Positions 39,684-50,911 of a stretch of 64,000 nucleotides of DNA are shown in pieces. Made by a program: the position numbers and the translations under genes. Position 1 is the first letter of the stretch; the number at the start of each line of letters is the position of its first letter. The notes under the pieces are model-generated. The model worked only from the letters and a program-made list of their open reading frames with translations, had not been told where the DNA came from and did not search any database. Source of the DNA: Camelus ferus (taxonomy: Eukaryota); contig NC_045697.1 in the NCBI RefSeq assembly GCF_009834535.1, positions 20,524,001-20,588,000 of the forward strand. The letters are read 5' to 3'.

Positions 39684-39990
39684 AGTGAGACACAAGGAGA
39701 AATTTCAGAAACCTAGGTGTCAATTTTTAACAGCGTATAAAAACAGAGAAATTTGTAGAATTAACTTTGTAGTTAGAAGATTCTGGACTAACAAAGTCTC
39801 CTTTTAAAAGCTGAGTACTAATTTTTCATTAAAGTGAGCAAGATAAAATGCTCAGGACCAAATTTTTTCAAAAATTTGTATAGAAGAAATTAGAACATGG
39901 AACCAAATAACATCCCTACAAACAGTGAAAGACTTGAAAGATACCAGAAAGTCGTGCCCACAAACCAGAAAAAACATTAATCTACTATTT

Positions 39991-41967
39991 ATTTTTCTCC
40001 CCAGTTCTATTGAGATGCAATCGACATACATCGCTGTCTATATTTAAGGGGTACAGAACAATGGTTTGGCTTATGTATGCTGTGAAATGATTACCACAGT
40101 AAGTTTAGTTAGCACCCATAATCTCATTCAGATACAATAAGAAAGGAAAGCAGAAAAATAACACTTTTTTTCTTGTGATAAGAGCACTTAAGTTTTACTT
40201 TCTTAACAATTTCGTACACATCATACAGCAGTGTTAACTACAGTCATCATGCCATGCATTGTATCCCTGGTACTTATTTATCTTATAGCTGGAAATTTGT
40301 ACCTTTTGACCACCTTTCTCCAGTTCCCACTCACCCCATGTCCTTCCTCTGGTACCACAAATCTGATCTATTTTACTATGAGTTTGACATGTTTTAATAT
40401 TTTTAATGATTCCGCATATAAGTGAGGTCATACAGTATTTGCCTTTCTCTGTTTGACTTATTTCACTTAGCATAATTACTTAAGGTCTGTCATCAATGTT
40501 GCTGCAAATGGCAAATGACAGGATTTCTTTTTTTGTGGCTGGATAATACATATATAATATGTATATATATATATAACTTCTCTATCTAGTCCTCTGTCAA
40601 TGAACACTAGGTTGTTTCCATATTTTTGCTATAGCAGTTAATAATACTGCTATACATGGGAGGTGAAGATTTTTGGGGGGGGTTAGTGTTTAGTGTTTTC
40701 ATTTCCTTTTGCTTTATTCTCAGAAATGATATTGCTGGATGGAAAGGTAGTTCTATTTTTATTTTTCTGAGGATCCTCCATACTATTCTCCAAATTGGCT
40801 ACACCAATTTACAATCCCACAGTGTACAAGGGCTCCCTTTTTCCAAATTCTCTCCAGTACTTGTTATCTCTTGTCTTTTTAATGATTGTCATCCTAAAAG
40901 GTATGACATGACACCTCGCTGTTCTCTTTAAAATTTTTTTAATTTTATATTTTAATTTTCAATATGGTTAAATATTGATCATTGTGGTTTTGACTTGTAT
41001 TTCCCTAATGCCTAGCGATGTTGACCATTTTTTCAAGTACCTATTAGCCTTTTATATATCTTCTTCGGCGAAATGTCTATTCAGATCTTTTACCCATTTT
41101 TAATTGGGTTATTTATTGTTTTGCTACTGAGTTGTACGAGTTCTTTGTATATTTTGGATATTAACCCTTTAGAGATGTATGGTTTGTGGATATTTTTGTT
41201 GTTTCACAGGTTGTCTTTTTTTGTATATAAATATTTTTATTGAAGTGTAGTCAGTTTACAATGTTGTGTCAATTTCTGATGTACAGCATAATGTTTCAGT
41301 CATACATGAATGTATATATGTTCATTTTCATACTCCTTTTCACCATAAGTTACTACAAGATATTGAATATAGCTCCCTGTGCTATACATATGAACTTGTT
41401 TTCTGTTTTATATATATTAGTTAATATTTGCAAATCTCGAACTTCCAATTTATCCCTTCCCACCCCCTTCCCACCCACTTCCCACCCTGGTAACCATAAG
41501 TTTGTTTTCTATGTCTGTGAGCCTGTTTCTGTTCTGTAAATAAGTTTGTTTGTATTTTTTTTTAATTCCACATATAAGTGATATCATATGGTATTTTTCT
41601 TTCTCTTTCTGGCTTTCTTCACTTAGAATGACAATCTCCAGGTCCATCCATGTTGCTGTAAGTGGCATTATTTTATTCTTTCTAATGGCTGAGGAGTATT
41701 CCATTGTATAAATATAACATAACTTCTTGCCTTTGCTGGCCAGAGCTTTTAAGTCTGATGTAGTCCCACTTGTTTATTTTTGATTTTGTTGCTTATACTT
41801 TGGGTGTCATGCCCAAAATTGTTGTTAAGACTCATATGAAGAAGCATTTTTTTCTATTTTTTTTTTTTTACAACTTTCATGGTTTCATATCTTACATTAA
41901 AGTCTAATCCATGTAGGATTAATTTAATTTTTTGTGACTTTTATAGGATAAGGGTCTAGTTTTATAC
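39991..41967 (-). mobile_element. Mid-age L1 (L1MA-like) 3' ~1.5 kb, interrupted by a younger L1
   Basis: Minus ORF MLSEISQTEKGKYCMTSLICGI is the ORF2 C-terminus. Antisense ORF2 blocks continue to 41215 and resume at about 41728. Imperfect TSD taatctactattt (39978-39990) / taattgactattt (41968-41980). Confidence 0.88.
41216..41727 (-). mobile_element. Younger lineage-specific L1 3' end nested in an older L1
   Basis: Minus ORF 41450-41704 MEYSSAIRKNKIMPLTATWMDLEIVILSEESQKEKEKYHMISLICGI. 3' UTR homologous to the 3.9 and 47.3 kb copies. Confidence 0.92.
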
Positions 41968-43265
41968 TAATTGACTATTTCAAAACAACTAAAACATATT
42001 TTTAGAAAGTTATACAAGATATGAAAAAACCTCATAAATCTGAAATATTTTAATATAAAGTAAATAATGAAAAAGTAAGAGAAAAATAATTTGTTATGGG
42101 AACTAACCTAACAAAACATAACAGTGAAAAATTATAAGAGGTAATGCCTTGAAAAGAATAGAAAATGACAGAGAAGACTTTTAAAAATAAAGTAAAAGAA
42201 AGATAAAAGTTTTGAGAAAGTAACAAATATTTAATCAGGCAAGGAATATATTCCATACGGACAATGGGAATCTTAAGAAGAAACCAAAATAAGACAGCAA
42301 TACAAAACAAATCTAGAATGCAATGTAACCATCATTAAAATTTTAAAAGCTGCTTGAAGCAATATATTGAAGGGGCACACACACACACAAGAAAAAATAC
42401 TAAAATCAAGATATATTCTTTAAAATTATTAATACGTTTAGAAAAATAAAAACTTTCTACATCTAGGCAAAACAAGTAAGAACTTGCAAGAAAAAGAAAA
42501 TTAGATTATCCTCATATGGTTTTTTAAGAGCAATGTATTTGCATAAAAAATGGAAAATAAAATTTAAGATAGGTAAAGGTAGAAAGTGTCCAGGGAGTTA
42601 TATTGAGTAGAAGGTAGAAATGTCTCTCAATGATAAATGATACAGACAAGCTATTATCAACATGCAAGCACTTGGGAAATATTATTCTAATGCACCATTC
42701 CTGAGGAATGTGCTAGAGAAAGAGCACGAGATCACAAAATGAATAGAGACATTGACGTAAGGACTGAGAGCGAGGATTAGGTAGATGGTCACTTCTAGAA
42801 CTAAGACTTAATTATAGTGAAAGAGAGAGAGTGTAATGAGTAATGGCTATATCCCATGACAATATATGTGCCACTGCAAAACTGTAGAGGTGGAGACTGG
42901 GGAAGGCAAATGCAAAGTTTTTTTGTTAATTATATTGCTTACTTTATGAATATCAGTTTTATGGGTATTTGTGAAATATTATCCTGAGACCATTGTGTGT
43001 ATGATTTGCAATTAAAAATAAAGAAATTCATCAACCCTGTGTCCTGGAAAAACCAGGATTCTCTGTGTGGAAGAAAGAAAAAAAAGAAGAGCTAAGGTAA
43101 TATAGAAGGCTTTAAGTATAATCTTATAGTCCTGAATTTAAAATAGCAGTACGACAATTGAGATGTTTTTTAAAAATATATAAAACATTTCTAAAGAATT
43201 CAGAATTGAAGAAGCTCACAATGTTCAAAGGTGAGAAATTTGAGCTTTTAAAAGTAAGAAGATTT

Positions 43266-43382
43266 GGAGGGTAAGGTTTAACTCAAGTGGTAGAGTGCTT
43301 GCTTAGCATGCATGAGGTCCTGGGTTCAATCCCCAGTACTTCCCCTTAAATAAATAAGTAAACCTAATTACCCACCTCAAAA
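43266..43382 (+). mobile_element. tRNA-derived camelid SINE (vic-1-like)
   Basis: Box A taactcaagtgg, Box B ggttcaatccc, tRNA-Ala-like head agagtgcttgcttagcatgcatgaggtcctggg, aaataaataagtaaacctaattacc body and A tail. Imperfect TSD aaaagtaagaagattt/aaaagtataaggttt at a TTTT/AAAA site. Confidence 0.92.
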
Positions 43383-43437
43383 AAAAGTATAAGGTTTGCT
43401 GTGGATTGAAACTCATCAAATTTGTTTACATTCATGA

Positions 43438-43483
43438 ATATATATATATATATATTATGTGTACACACACACACACACACACA
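43438..43483. repeat. Compound (AT)n...(CA)n microsatellite
   Basis: atatatatatatatatat tatgtgt acacacacacacacacacaca. Confidence 0.9.
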
Positions 43484-43899
43484 AATATATGCCCATGTAT
43501 AGTTAGCTCTGGGAGAGAGTAAGAACTAAATTTTATCTTAAAAGCTGGTAAATTAAGGGGAAAAATAAATGTTTATTCTATCTTTCTTATGTTAATTAAA
43601 AACTGTGTAAGCAAATAATTGATGAAAGAGAGTTTCCTTTTGTAAAAGTATTCAGCAAAAATATTAAAATGAAATTAATAGAATTTGACCATCATCAGTG
43701 ATTTCCGCCTCTGATATATTACTGGATCTCAACACTGAACAACAAACAGATACTAGTAAAGACAAAGGGAAACTCCAGACATTATGGGCCTTCAGGTAAA
43801 AACAAACCAGCAAAACAATAAGCAGCAGCAACAGCAGCAGTTTTCAGTCTTGCCAAATAATTGAACTCTGAAAATGGATCTGAACAAGGCTCTGACCCC

Positions 43900-44120
43900 C
43901 CATTCGCAGTAAAAGGTGCCACCATCTACCCACTTGCTCAAACAAAAATTCTAAGAATCATCTTGGGATCTCCTTTTTCACTCACTCCCTTCCTCTTGCA
44001 CTGAATCCATCAGCCAGCTCCATAAGGGCCAAGACACATCTGTCTAGTCACTGATAGATCCTCAGACTAAACACTGCCTGTCACAGACTAGGTTTTGAGG
44101 GAGAAAATATGAATAAATAC
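43900..44120 (+). mobile_element. L2 fragment
   Basis: gtgccaccatctacccacttgctcaaacaaaaattctaagaatcatcttgggatctcc...aatccatcagccagctcc. Confidence 0.75.
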
Positions 44121-44178
44121 AAATATTTGTCATCATGTGCAATAATTTTCTTCCAAAAATAATTCATATTTCTAGATT

Positions 44179-44410
44179 GGCATTACAGTTTTATAGTTAA
44201 GAGTCTAGATTCCTTTGAATTCAAATCTATCCTCTAACACTTACAGGTTCCTAGATCAAGCTCTTTGGGCATTATTTTTCTTATCTGCAAAATGGGTAAA
44301 ATGTTGGTACTTACCTCACAGGCAGTTTAGAAAATTGAATGAGTTACTATGTGTAAAGTACTCAGAATTGTGTTTTGGTACATAGTGAGGGGAAACTAAA
44401 TGTGGGTTAA
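44179..44410 (+). mobile_element. MIR SINE, near full length
   Basis: ttgaattcaaatct...tttttcttatctgcaaaatgggtaaaatgttggtacttacctcacagg...aaaattgaatgagttactatgtgtaaagtactcagaa...tggtacatagtgag. Confidence 0.85.
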
Positions 44411-45124
44411 AAATACATTGCTTATGTTCACATTAGAAATGTGAATCCACTTATTCACATGACATTGGTTTAAGTCTTTGTGAGCGCATAATCCTGGTAT
44501 GAATGTGGTAGGATCCTTCTCCTGGTTCTTTCTTCTAATTGAGTTTCACAGTATTTGAAAATGGTTCTCTGTGAGTAACAACAAGATCAATGGTCAATTT
44601 ACTGAGCAGTTTCTGTCTGACTGCCCCATCTTCCTCCGATATTGAAGGTGCAGGATTATTCTGATTCCTTCATCCACAAATTTAAAAGAGGGAAATGTAG
44701 GATATCAGGATTATGGAGGTGATAATAATATAAACAGAAGCAAATGAGACTTGAATGAAGTAGGGAATGCAGTGTGAATGAGAATCCACAAAATGCAGCA
44801 CATAATTACATATGGGTAGGATGAGAAGGAAGAAGGAATTTAGGAAGGCTGGAAAGGAGGGAGGGAGGGAGAGAGGTTTTAAAAAATCAAAGACTCTTGG
44901 GATGATAGCAGTGCTATTCACTTATTCATTGATAAAGGAGAGATGAAAGAAGATACTTTATTAGGACCTGATCTGGAGATTTGCCTGAAACCTTTGTCAC
45001 AATTCTGTCTAGACATATCTTTGGTTTAGAATGCAAACCATACTCTTGGATGTAATATAAAGGGTAATAGAAATCCAAAAGCAGGTAAAATTTGAGACCC
45101 ATAAAATTAAACAAAAAGAAAAAG

Positions 45125-45625
45125 AAGGCAGAGAAGACAACAGCAAAGTGTAGGAGAAGAGTTGGAATAACAGGAAGTGAGTCACAAGAAAACGTCCTCG
45201 GGGGAATAAGATGTGGTGAAAACACCAAAAAAGGGGGAAGCGACAGGGAGCCAGCTGCCTGCCACGGGGAAGTGGAGCAGGAAGATGGACACAAGGAGAT
45301 GACAGGATAGGGTGACTGCTAGGCGTTGGAAGATGTGCGGCCATGGAAAATACATTATAAGAGCATGAGTGGTAGGAGAAGAAAATAAAGTAGAAGCAAT
45401 TTGCGTGCACAACTCTTTTACAAATTAGAATAGTGACATTTTAAACTTGGTGGGGAAACATAGTTGATGATTTTTTCTTTGGAAAGGGTTTATTTCAGCT
45501 GGGGTGGAGGAGATAAGGATTGAGGCTGAAAATCCAAAGAAGAGAGACAATATACGGATACAAATCTTGGGATGAGACCAGAGGGAGGCCAGATTGGAGG
45601 AGGGGCATGATGTCTTAAAGGGATC
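45125..45625 (-). mobile_element. L2 internal fragment (purine-rich on + strand)
   Basis: gagtggtaggagaagaaaataaagtagaagcaatttgcgtgcacaactcttttacaaattag resembles antisense L2 ORF2. The overlapping ORFs here have no recognisable protein features. Confidence 0.5.
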
Positions 45626-46188
45626 TCTGGAGCAGGAGCCCAGGCACTGGGTTCTCCCCTCAGCTCCGATGCTGGTCAGCACTGTGGGCTGGTGCATGTC
45701 ATCTCTCTCAGCCTCAGATTTCTCCTTCTAAAATGAATGTTGTGAACTGCACTTGAATAATTAAGGCTGCTTTCAGCAGTAGAAATAACACTTTTTCAAC
45801 AAGATAAGTTGCCATTTTGGGACAGCAGTTGTGAAGAAAAGAGGTGATTATAAATGGAAGTTGAGGGGGAATTTTTGAGAGAGTGTAAAAATGCTTGGCC
45901 TTCACCAAGATGTTTTTCCAATTTATTGAGCGTTTATATTTTGTAAGGGTACATGTATTACTCATATTTTGGAAAAAGTCCAGCAAAGTGAACCAAAACA
46001 TATTTATTCCATTTCTATCTATATTATTGAGGGGAAAAAATCTTCGAAAGTGTATATATTAAGTCAATATTATCTCAGGGAAAGTTGAATATTCTAGTGC
46101 CAGGAACATATTTTGGGGTTTTCCTTTGTTTTTTACAACCTTGGAAATTGTCTAGAATTTTTGCTAACCTCTCCTCTTTTTTTCAAGT

Positions 46189-46413
46189 TAAGGGTCCACA
46201 ACTTTTTCTGTAGAGGGAAGAGAGTAAAGATTCTAGGCTTGGGGGCCATATGGTTTCTGTTGCAAGTACACACCTCTGCCATTGATGCATGAAAGCAGGA
46301 ACATGAAAGCACAGAGAAACATGGGCGTGCCTGGCTTCCAATTAATTTTATGTATAAAAACAGGTGAGGCAGGGGCTGGAGTTGGCCTCTAGGCTGAAGC
46401 CGGCCAACCTCTA
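46189..46413 (+). mobile_element. hAT-Charlie MITE MER58A-like
   Basis: aactttttctgtagagggaagagagtaaagattctaggctt...ggccatatggtttctgttgcaagtacacacctctgccattg...atgggcgtgcctggcttccaattaattttat...gccaacctct. Confidence 0.88.
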
Positions 46414-46569
46414 TATGGCTGGAATATTTTAATTAAGAAGGAAGTAAGTGTGTCTTCATCTCTGGTTCATTTCAGAACTCTTTATATGTCACAAATATTT
46501 GATGTTATAATATATAGTAAGGAAAAGCCCCAAAGGTGTTATGTGTTCTATGTTTACCCTGATATTGAA

Positions 46570-46727
46570 ACTTCACAGCACCCTTCTGAAGTGCAGAGTT
46601 TTAAAAAATTTATGTCTGAAGAAATTACAGTGCAGTGAGGTTAAATAGTTTGAGCGAGGCCACACAGCCAAGTGTCACAGTCAGGATACGAAAACAAAAC
46701 ACTTAATCTTTCCACTGTATCATGCTT
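46570..46727 (-). mobile_element. MIR fragment
   Basis: cttcacagcaccct...gaggttaaatagtttgagcgaggccacacagccaagtg...ctttccactgtatcatgct. Confidence 0.65.
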
Positions 46728-47318
46728 CTTGCTGTAGACAAATCCCTCTGGTGCTTCTTTTCTGGAACATTCAGAATGGACATTGGACAAATGATCCTCT
46801 GAAATTCAGCTTTCTCCTTAAGATTTCCCCTAAGTATACTACCAGGAAGTGGTGTTGAGTCTTTGAAAGGGGAAACTGGTTTATGTTTAAAAGGATCATG
46901 CTAGTCTAATCTGGAATTTCATGCCATAAGCATTGTTAACTTATAGAAACTGAAACTCTGGAGCAAGACTGAACTCCAACAAGACAGTCTTCAGTTGCTG
47001 TTGAGGGATGAAAATTGGAGCTCCACAAACAGTTCTGTGTGAGATTTTCACCTTCTGTTGGTTTGAGTTGTTTCTGCTTTGTCTCTTTATTTTTACCATT
47101 ATTCATTTCCCAGAGACAGAGTAAAACAAGTTTCTTTGTTCTTCTCTCATTTGATAACAGAAAGAAAAAAAAAAAAGAAATTGCACTCTTTTGAACTTAT
47201 GTCTTTGGGTTTTATAACTGAGTAAGGATAGCATGAGGTAGAAAAGGAAAGATTCTTACTGTTCTTTTACTACTTAACAAAACGAAGCATCATGACCCAC
47301 ATTGTCAAAGATGTGGCC

Positions 47319-47953
47319 TTTTTTTTTTTAACATTTTTTTATTGATTTATAATCATTTTACAATGTTGTGTCAAATTCCAGTGTTCAGCACAATTTTTCA
47401 GTTATTCATGGACATATACACACTCATTGTCACATTTTTTTCTCTGTGAGTTATCATAACATTTTGTGTATATTTCCCTGTGCTATGCAGTGTAGTCTAT
47501 TCTACAATTTTGAAATCCCAGTCTATCCCTTCCCACCCTCCACCCCCCTGGTAACCACAAGTCTGTATTCTCTGTCTGTGAGTCTATTTCTGTCCTTTAT
47601 TTACGCTTTGTTTTTGTTTGTTTGTTTTTGTTTTTGTTTTTTAGATTCCACATATGAGCGATCTCATATGGTATTTTTCTTTCTCTTTCTGGCTTACTTC
47701 ACTTAGAATGACATTCTCCAGGAGCATCCATGTTGCTGCAAATGGCATTATGTTGTCGGTTTTTATGGCTGAGTAGTATTCCATTGTATAAATGTACCAC
47801 CTCTTCTTTATCCAGTCACCTGTTGATGGACATTTAGGCTGTTTCCATGTTTTGGCTATTGTAAATAGTGCTGCTATGAACATTGGGGTGCAGGTGTCAT
47901 CCTGAAGTAGATTTCCTTCTGGATACAAGCCCAGGAGTGGGATTCCTGGGTCA
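47319..47953 (-). mobile_element. Young 5'-truncated L1 with TSD and uninterrupted ORF2 C-terminus
   Basis: ORF 47641-47967 encodes DPGIPLLGLYP...TCTPMFIAALFTIAKTWKQPKCPS..DWIKKRWYIYTMEYYSAIK...SLICGI* with no stops. Poly-T tail on +. TSD aaagatgtggcc at 47307-47318 and 47954-47965. Confidence 0.96.
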
Positions 47954-48999
47954 AAAGATGTGGCCATTTTTAGGCGTCTTTCCTCTCTGTTGTGCTTTCT
48001 CCTGGGAGAACAAAATCATCACACCATTCACTACGTACTTTCCTTTGTCAAAGCAAAGAAGATTATTAAGGTCTCATCTGACAAGGACCCTCTCATTTGG
48101 GCCATCTGTTTTTTTGTGCTTTCTTGAGGAAATACAAAAAAAAAAAGGCTTTTATTTTCTCCCTCTCACCCCTAATTTGTGTTTCATGATAGTGTGTGTT
48201 AAGCCGTATTTTAAGAATTTGAACAAGCAGAGATTCTGCCTCTTTGAACTTTTTCTTTTGCGCTTGCCATCTCAGTTGGAGAAATCACAAGTATTTTGTT
48301 TTTTTTCTCTAATTATTAATATTAAGGGAAAGGCTATCTTAAGATTACTGCTCTCAAGGCCAATTTTTTCCTCCCATTATCCTTCTTACTTCAAGGATGT
48401 GCCCTCAGGACTGATGTACACAGAAGCCTAAACTGCCAGATGGTCACTTACAGAAAACTAGGTGATATACACCCATTTCTCAAATGGTCAATTGCACCTT
48501 TACCAAGGTGAAGTATTTTGCCTCTTTGGTAATAAATGGGAAAGGAAAAGGGAGTGGAGTTGGAAAAGGGGGTTCCCAACTCCCAAAAGAAAAATCCTAG
48601 CATTGTTTCAAGTTTCCTTTTCTGAATTTAGCTGAGAGAGGTAGAAAGACAAGCATTTGCGATTATTATTTCAATAAGAAACAAAAATAAATTAACAAAT
48701 TAAATATTTTTGTAGGAAGTCCATCAATACTTATCATATGTAATAAAATAATACTTAATGATCTGTAGTTTGTATGAAGTTATCACTGATCTAAGAAAAA
48801 CAGACTAGGAAGCCAGCTAATTGCCATCTTCTCAATTTCGAAACTTGACACAGCACTGTACTATTGTTTTAGAGCACAATTACACTGGGTGGTCATTATG
48901 ATGACACTGAGTTTAAATTATCTTAAAAAATTCTTACAATAAGAATAGCTTTATGGTTGTTAATATCATGTCGTATTAATAATAATTGTTTCGCCTATA

Positions 49000-49815
49000 T
49001 ATTCAGTATGAACCATCTACTCTGTGCCGGGCACTGTGTTAGACACTGAGAAAGTGGAGGTGTCAAGACAGACAGGTCTCTGTGAGAATGGAGTCTATAG
49101 TTTACACAAGAGTGCATCATTTTCTAAAATCACAAGATTATTCTCATTGATGTTTATTCAACCTGTATTTATTGAGCCAAACTCCAAGCACCATAAGGGT
49201 GTGATGCAATGGTGAAAGAAACGTAACTTGTAGAAAAATATCAAAAATATACACAAATAAATAGACATTTGGAATTTAAAACTGCTATTAATTTTAATAA
49301 TTTAGTATATAATTATTGAGTAACAACTACGTGCTGGTAGTTCTATATGGCAGGCTCTTGTAATATCACAGAAAACAAGACAGATACGATTTCTGTCCCA
49401 GGGAGAGAGATTATAGACTTACAGCATGATGGGAGTAAGTGTGAGTTTCTGTGGGAACTCAAAGGAGCATTCTTTAGGAGTCAATGCAGTCTTATTACAA
49501 ACGATTTTATAGCTAGGAGCTAAAAATAATAGAAGTCAGTCAGGCAAAAAGAGGAATTCAAACCTTTTGGCATATTTCAAGGTGATAACAAAGGCAAAGC
49601 CCTGTAGGAAACAAAGAGCATGGCCAGATTCCTGGAGCCTGGTGAGAATCATTCAGTAGAGCTGGGCTTAAATTTCAAGAAGTGGTCTGATGCAAAAAGG
49701 CCAGAAAGATTAGCAGAGGCCTTGTGAGTTCGTAAAAGTCCTTGTCAGCTGTATTAAGCTGCTTGAACTTTGTACTGAGGGCATTGGGACTGTGAAGAGA
49801 ACTAACAAGACCATG
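49000..49815 (-). mobile_element. Cluster of three L2 3'-end fragments
   Basis: ctactctgtgccgggcactgtgttagacactg (49017); ttattcaacctgtatttattgagc (49153); attattgagtaacaactacgtgctgg (49312), continuing to aagctgcttgaactttgtactgagggcattgggactg. Confidence 0.7.
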
Positions 49816-49824
49816 ACATGACAT

Positions 49825-50150
49825 AGTGGTTCCTCTTTGGATGACTCCCAATTCATACCAGGCTTTTTCCTTGAGAAGCACCAAACGTATTGAGTTAGGT
49901 CTTCACCAGCTCTGATATCTTGCCCTTGTGGCCATAGCTGATTTTATTCAGATTTCAACACCTGACACCAGTTAGGCCCTTTGAAACTAACAATGGAGTA
50001 ACATCCACAAAAAACCAACCAACCAAACAAACAAACAAATGAAAACAAACAAAAAATTGGTATATCAGCAGAGTTAAGTCATGTAACCAGTATCACAAGA
50101 GGGACTAATCCTGTAAATTCCTGCTTTTGAGATTGCTGGGGTGATCCTGG
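49825..50150. mobile_element. Probable old ERVL LTR fragment (LTR33/LTR16-like)
   Basis: cccttgtggccatagctgattttattcagatttcaacacctgacaccagttaggcc resembles the LTR16/33 core. Confidence 0.4.
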
Positions 50151-50181
50151 TTACATTCCTTCTCAAATCTTCACTGTTTAT

Positions 50182-50346
50182 TTCATTTTTTAAAATTTTT
50201 TATTTTTAAAGAATTCTTTATTTGAGAGGAGTGGGGGAGGTAATTAGGTTTCTTTCCTTCTTTCTTAATGGAGGTACTGGGAATTGAACCCAGGACCTTG
50301 TGCATGCTAAGCACAGTGTTCTACCACTGAGCTATACCCTTCTCCC
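50182..50346 (-). mobile_element. tRNA-derived camelid SINE (vic-1-like) with TSD
   Basis: Reverse complement gggagaagggtatagctcagtggtagaacactgtgcttagcatgcacaaggtcctgggttcaattcccagtacctcc...aaacctaattacctcccc plus A-rich tail. Perfect TSD ttcactgtttat at 50170-50181 and 50347-50358. Confidence 0.93.
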
Positions 50347-50449
50347 TTCACTGTTTATCTTTTTGTTTTAATGGGTTATTTTAGTGTTTATGCATTCTCT
50401 TGTTGAATAAGTTAGTGACAGTTTCCTTTATTAGCAAATAATCCCAACT

Positions 50450-50765
50450 CTAGGCATGCTTAAGTGTTATCTTTTCCAAGAAGCCTCTTCTGACTCCCCA
50501 GGTTTGAATTATTTTACTCCTTCTCTGTGGTCCCATTGAACCCCATGAATATCCCTATCATAACTATATTCATCAAATAGTTTTGTAATTAATTTTAATT
50601 TAACTTTCTTATGACTAATCCACACTCTGTCCAAGCTATGAATTTGACTTTCTTGTGGCCAGGTACCATGTCTTATTTATCTCTTTATTCCTAGCACTTT
50701 GTAAAGAATCTAACACACAGTAGGAGCTGATTAAATGTTTGACAGTATATTGGATGAATGAATAT
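50450..50765 (+). mobile_element. L2 3' end
   Basis: tccaagaagcctcttctgactcccca...ccatgtcttatttatctctttattcctagcac...acacagtaggagctgattaaatgtttg...gaatgaat. Confidence 0.8.
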
Positions 50766-50911
50766 AATTATTTGAAAGAGAAGACCCAGTCAAGAAACAA
50801 TTTAGTTCATATCATCAAAATCTTAAAAATTTCTACCTGTTAATCATATTCTTGGGCAAGAGAGGAACTTGGTTATGACCTCCTATATCCTTGTTCTTGC
50901 AATAAGATATG

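Larger units (their letters stand above)
41981..43890 (+). mobile_element. Ancient L1-related element (HAL1-like: ORF1 remnant joined to an L1MC4/5-like 3' region)
   Basis: A-rich ORF1-like tract with attgaaggggcacac, aaaattagattatc and aacatgcaagcacttgggaaatattattctaatgcaccattcctgaggaatgtgctagagaa. Then aaaaccaggattctc, tagtcctgaattta, tggattgaaactcatcaaa and caaataattgatgaaagagagttt, with no ORF2 in between. Confidence 0.55.

Noticed and set aside
43266..43340. tRNA-Ala-like sequence as a tRNA gene
   Set aside because: The acceptor stem is not intact, and it is followed by a SINE body, A tail and TSD. A homologous copy lies at 50.2 kb, so it is a SINE.
44926..46001. Cluster of overlapping ORFs of 72-133 aa
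   Set aside because: Explained by purine/pyrimidine strand skew, probably L2-derived, which depletes stop codons. No recognisable protein motifs.
47883..48431. Longest ORF (182 aa, + strand)
   Set aside because: It begins in antisense L1 and runs into T-rich flank. The product is F/L-rich low complexity with no domain; a chance ORF.
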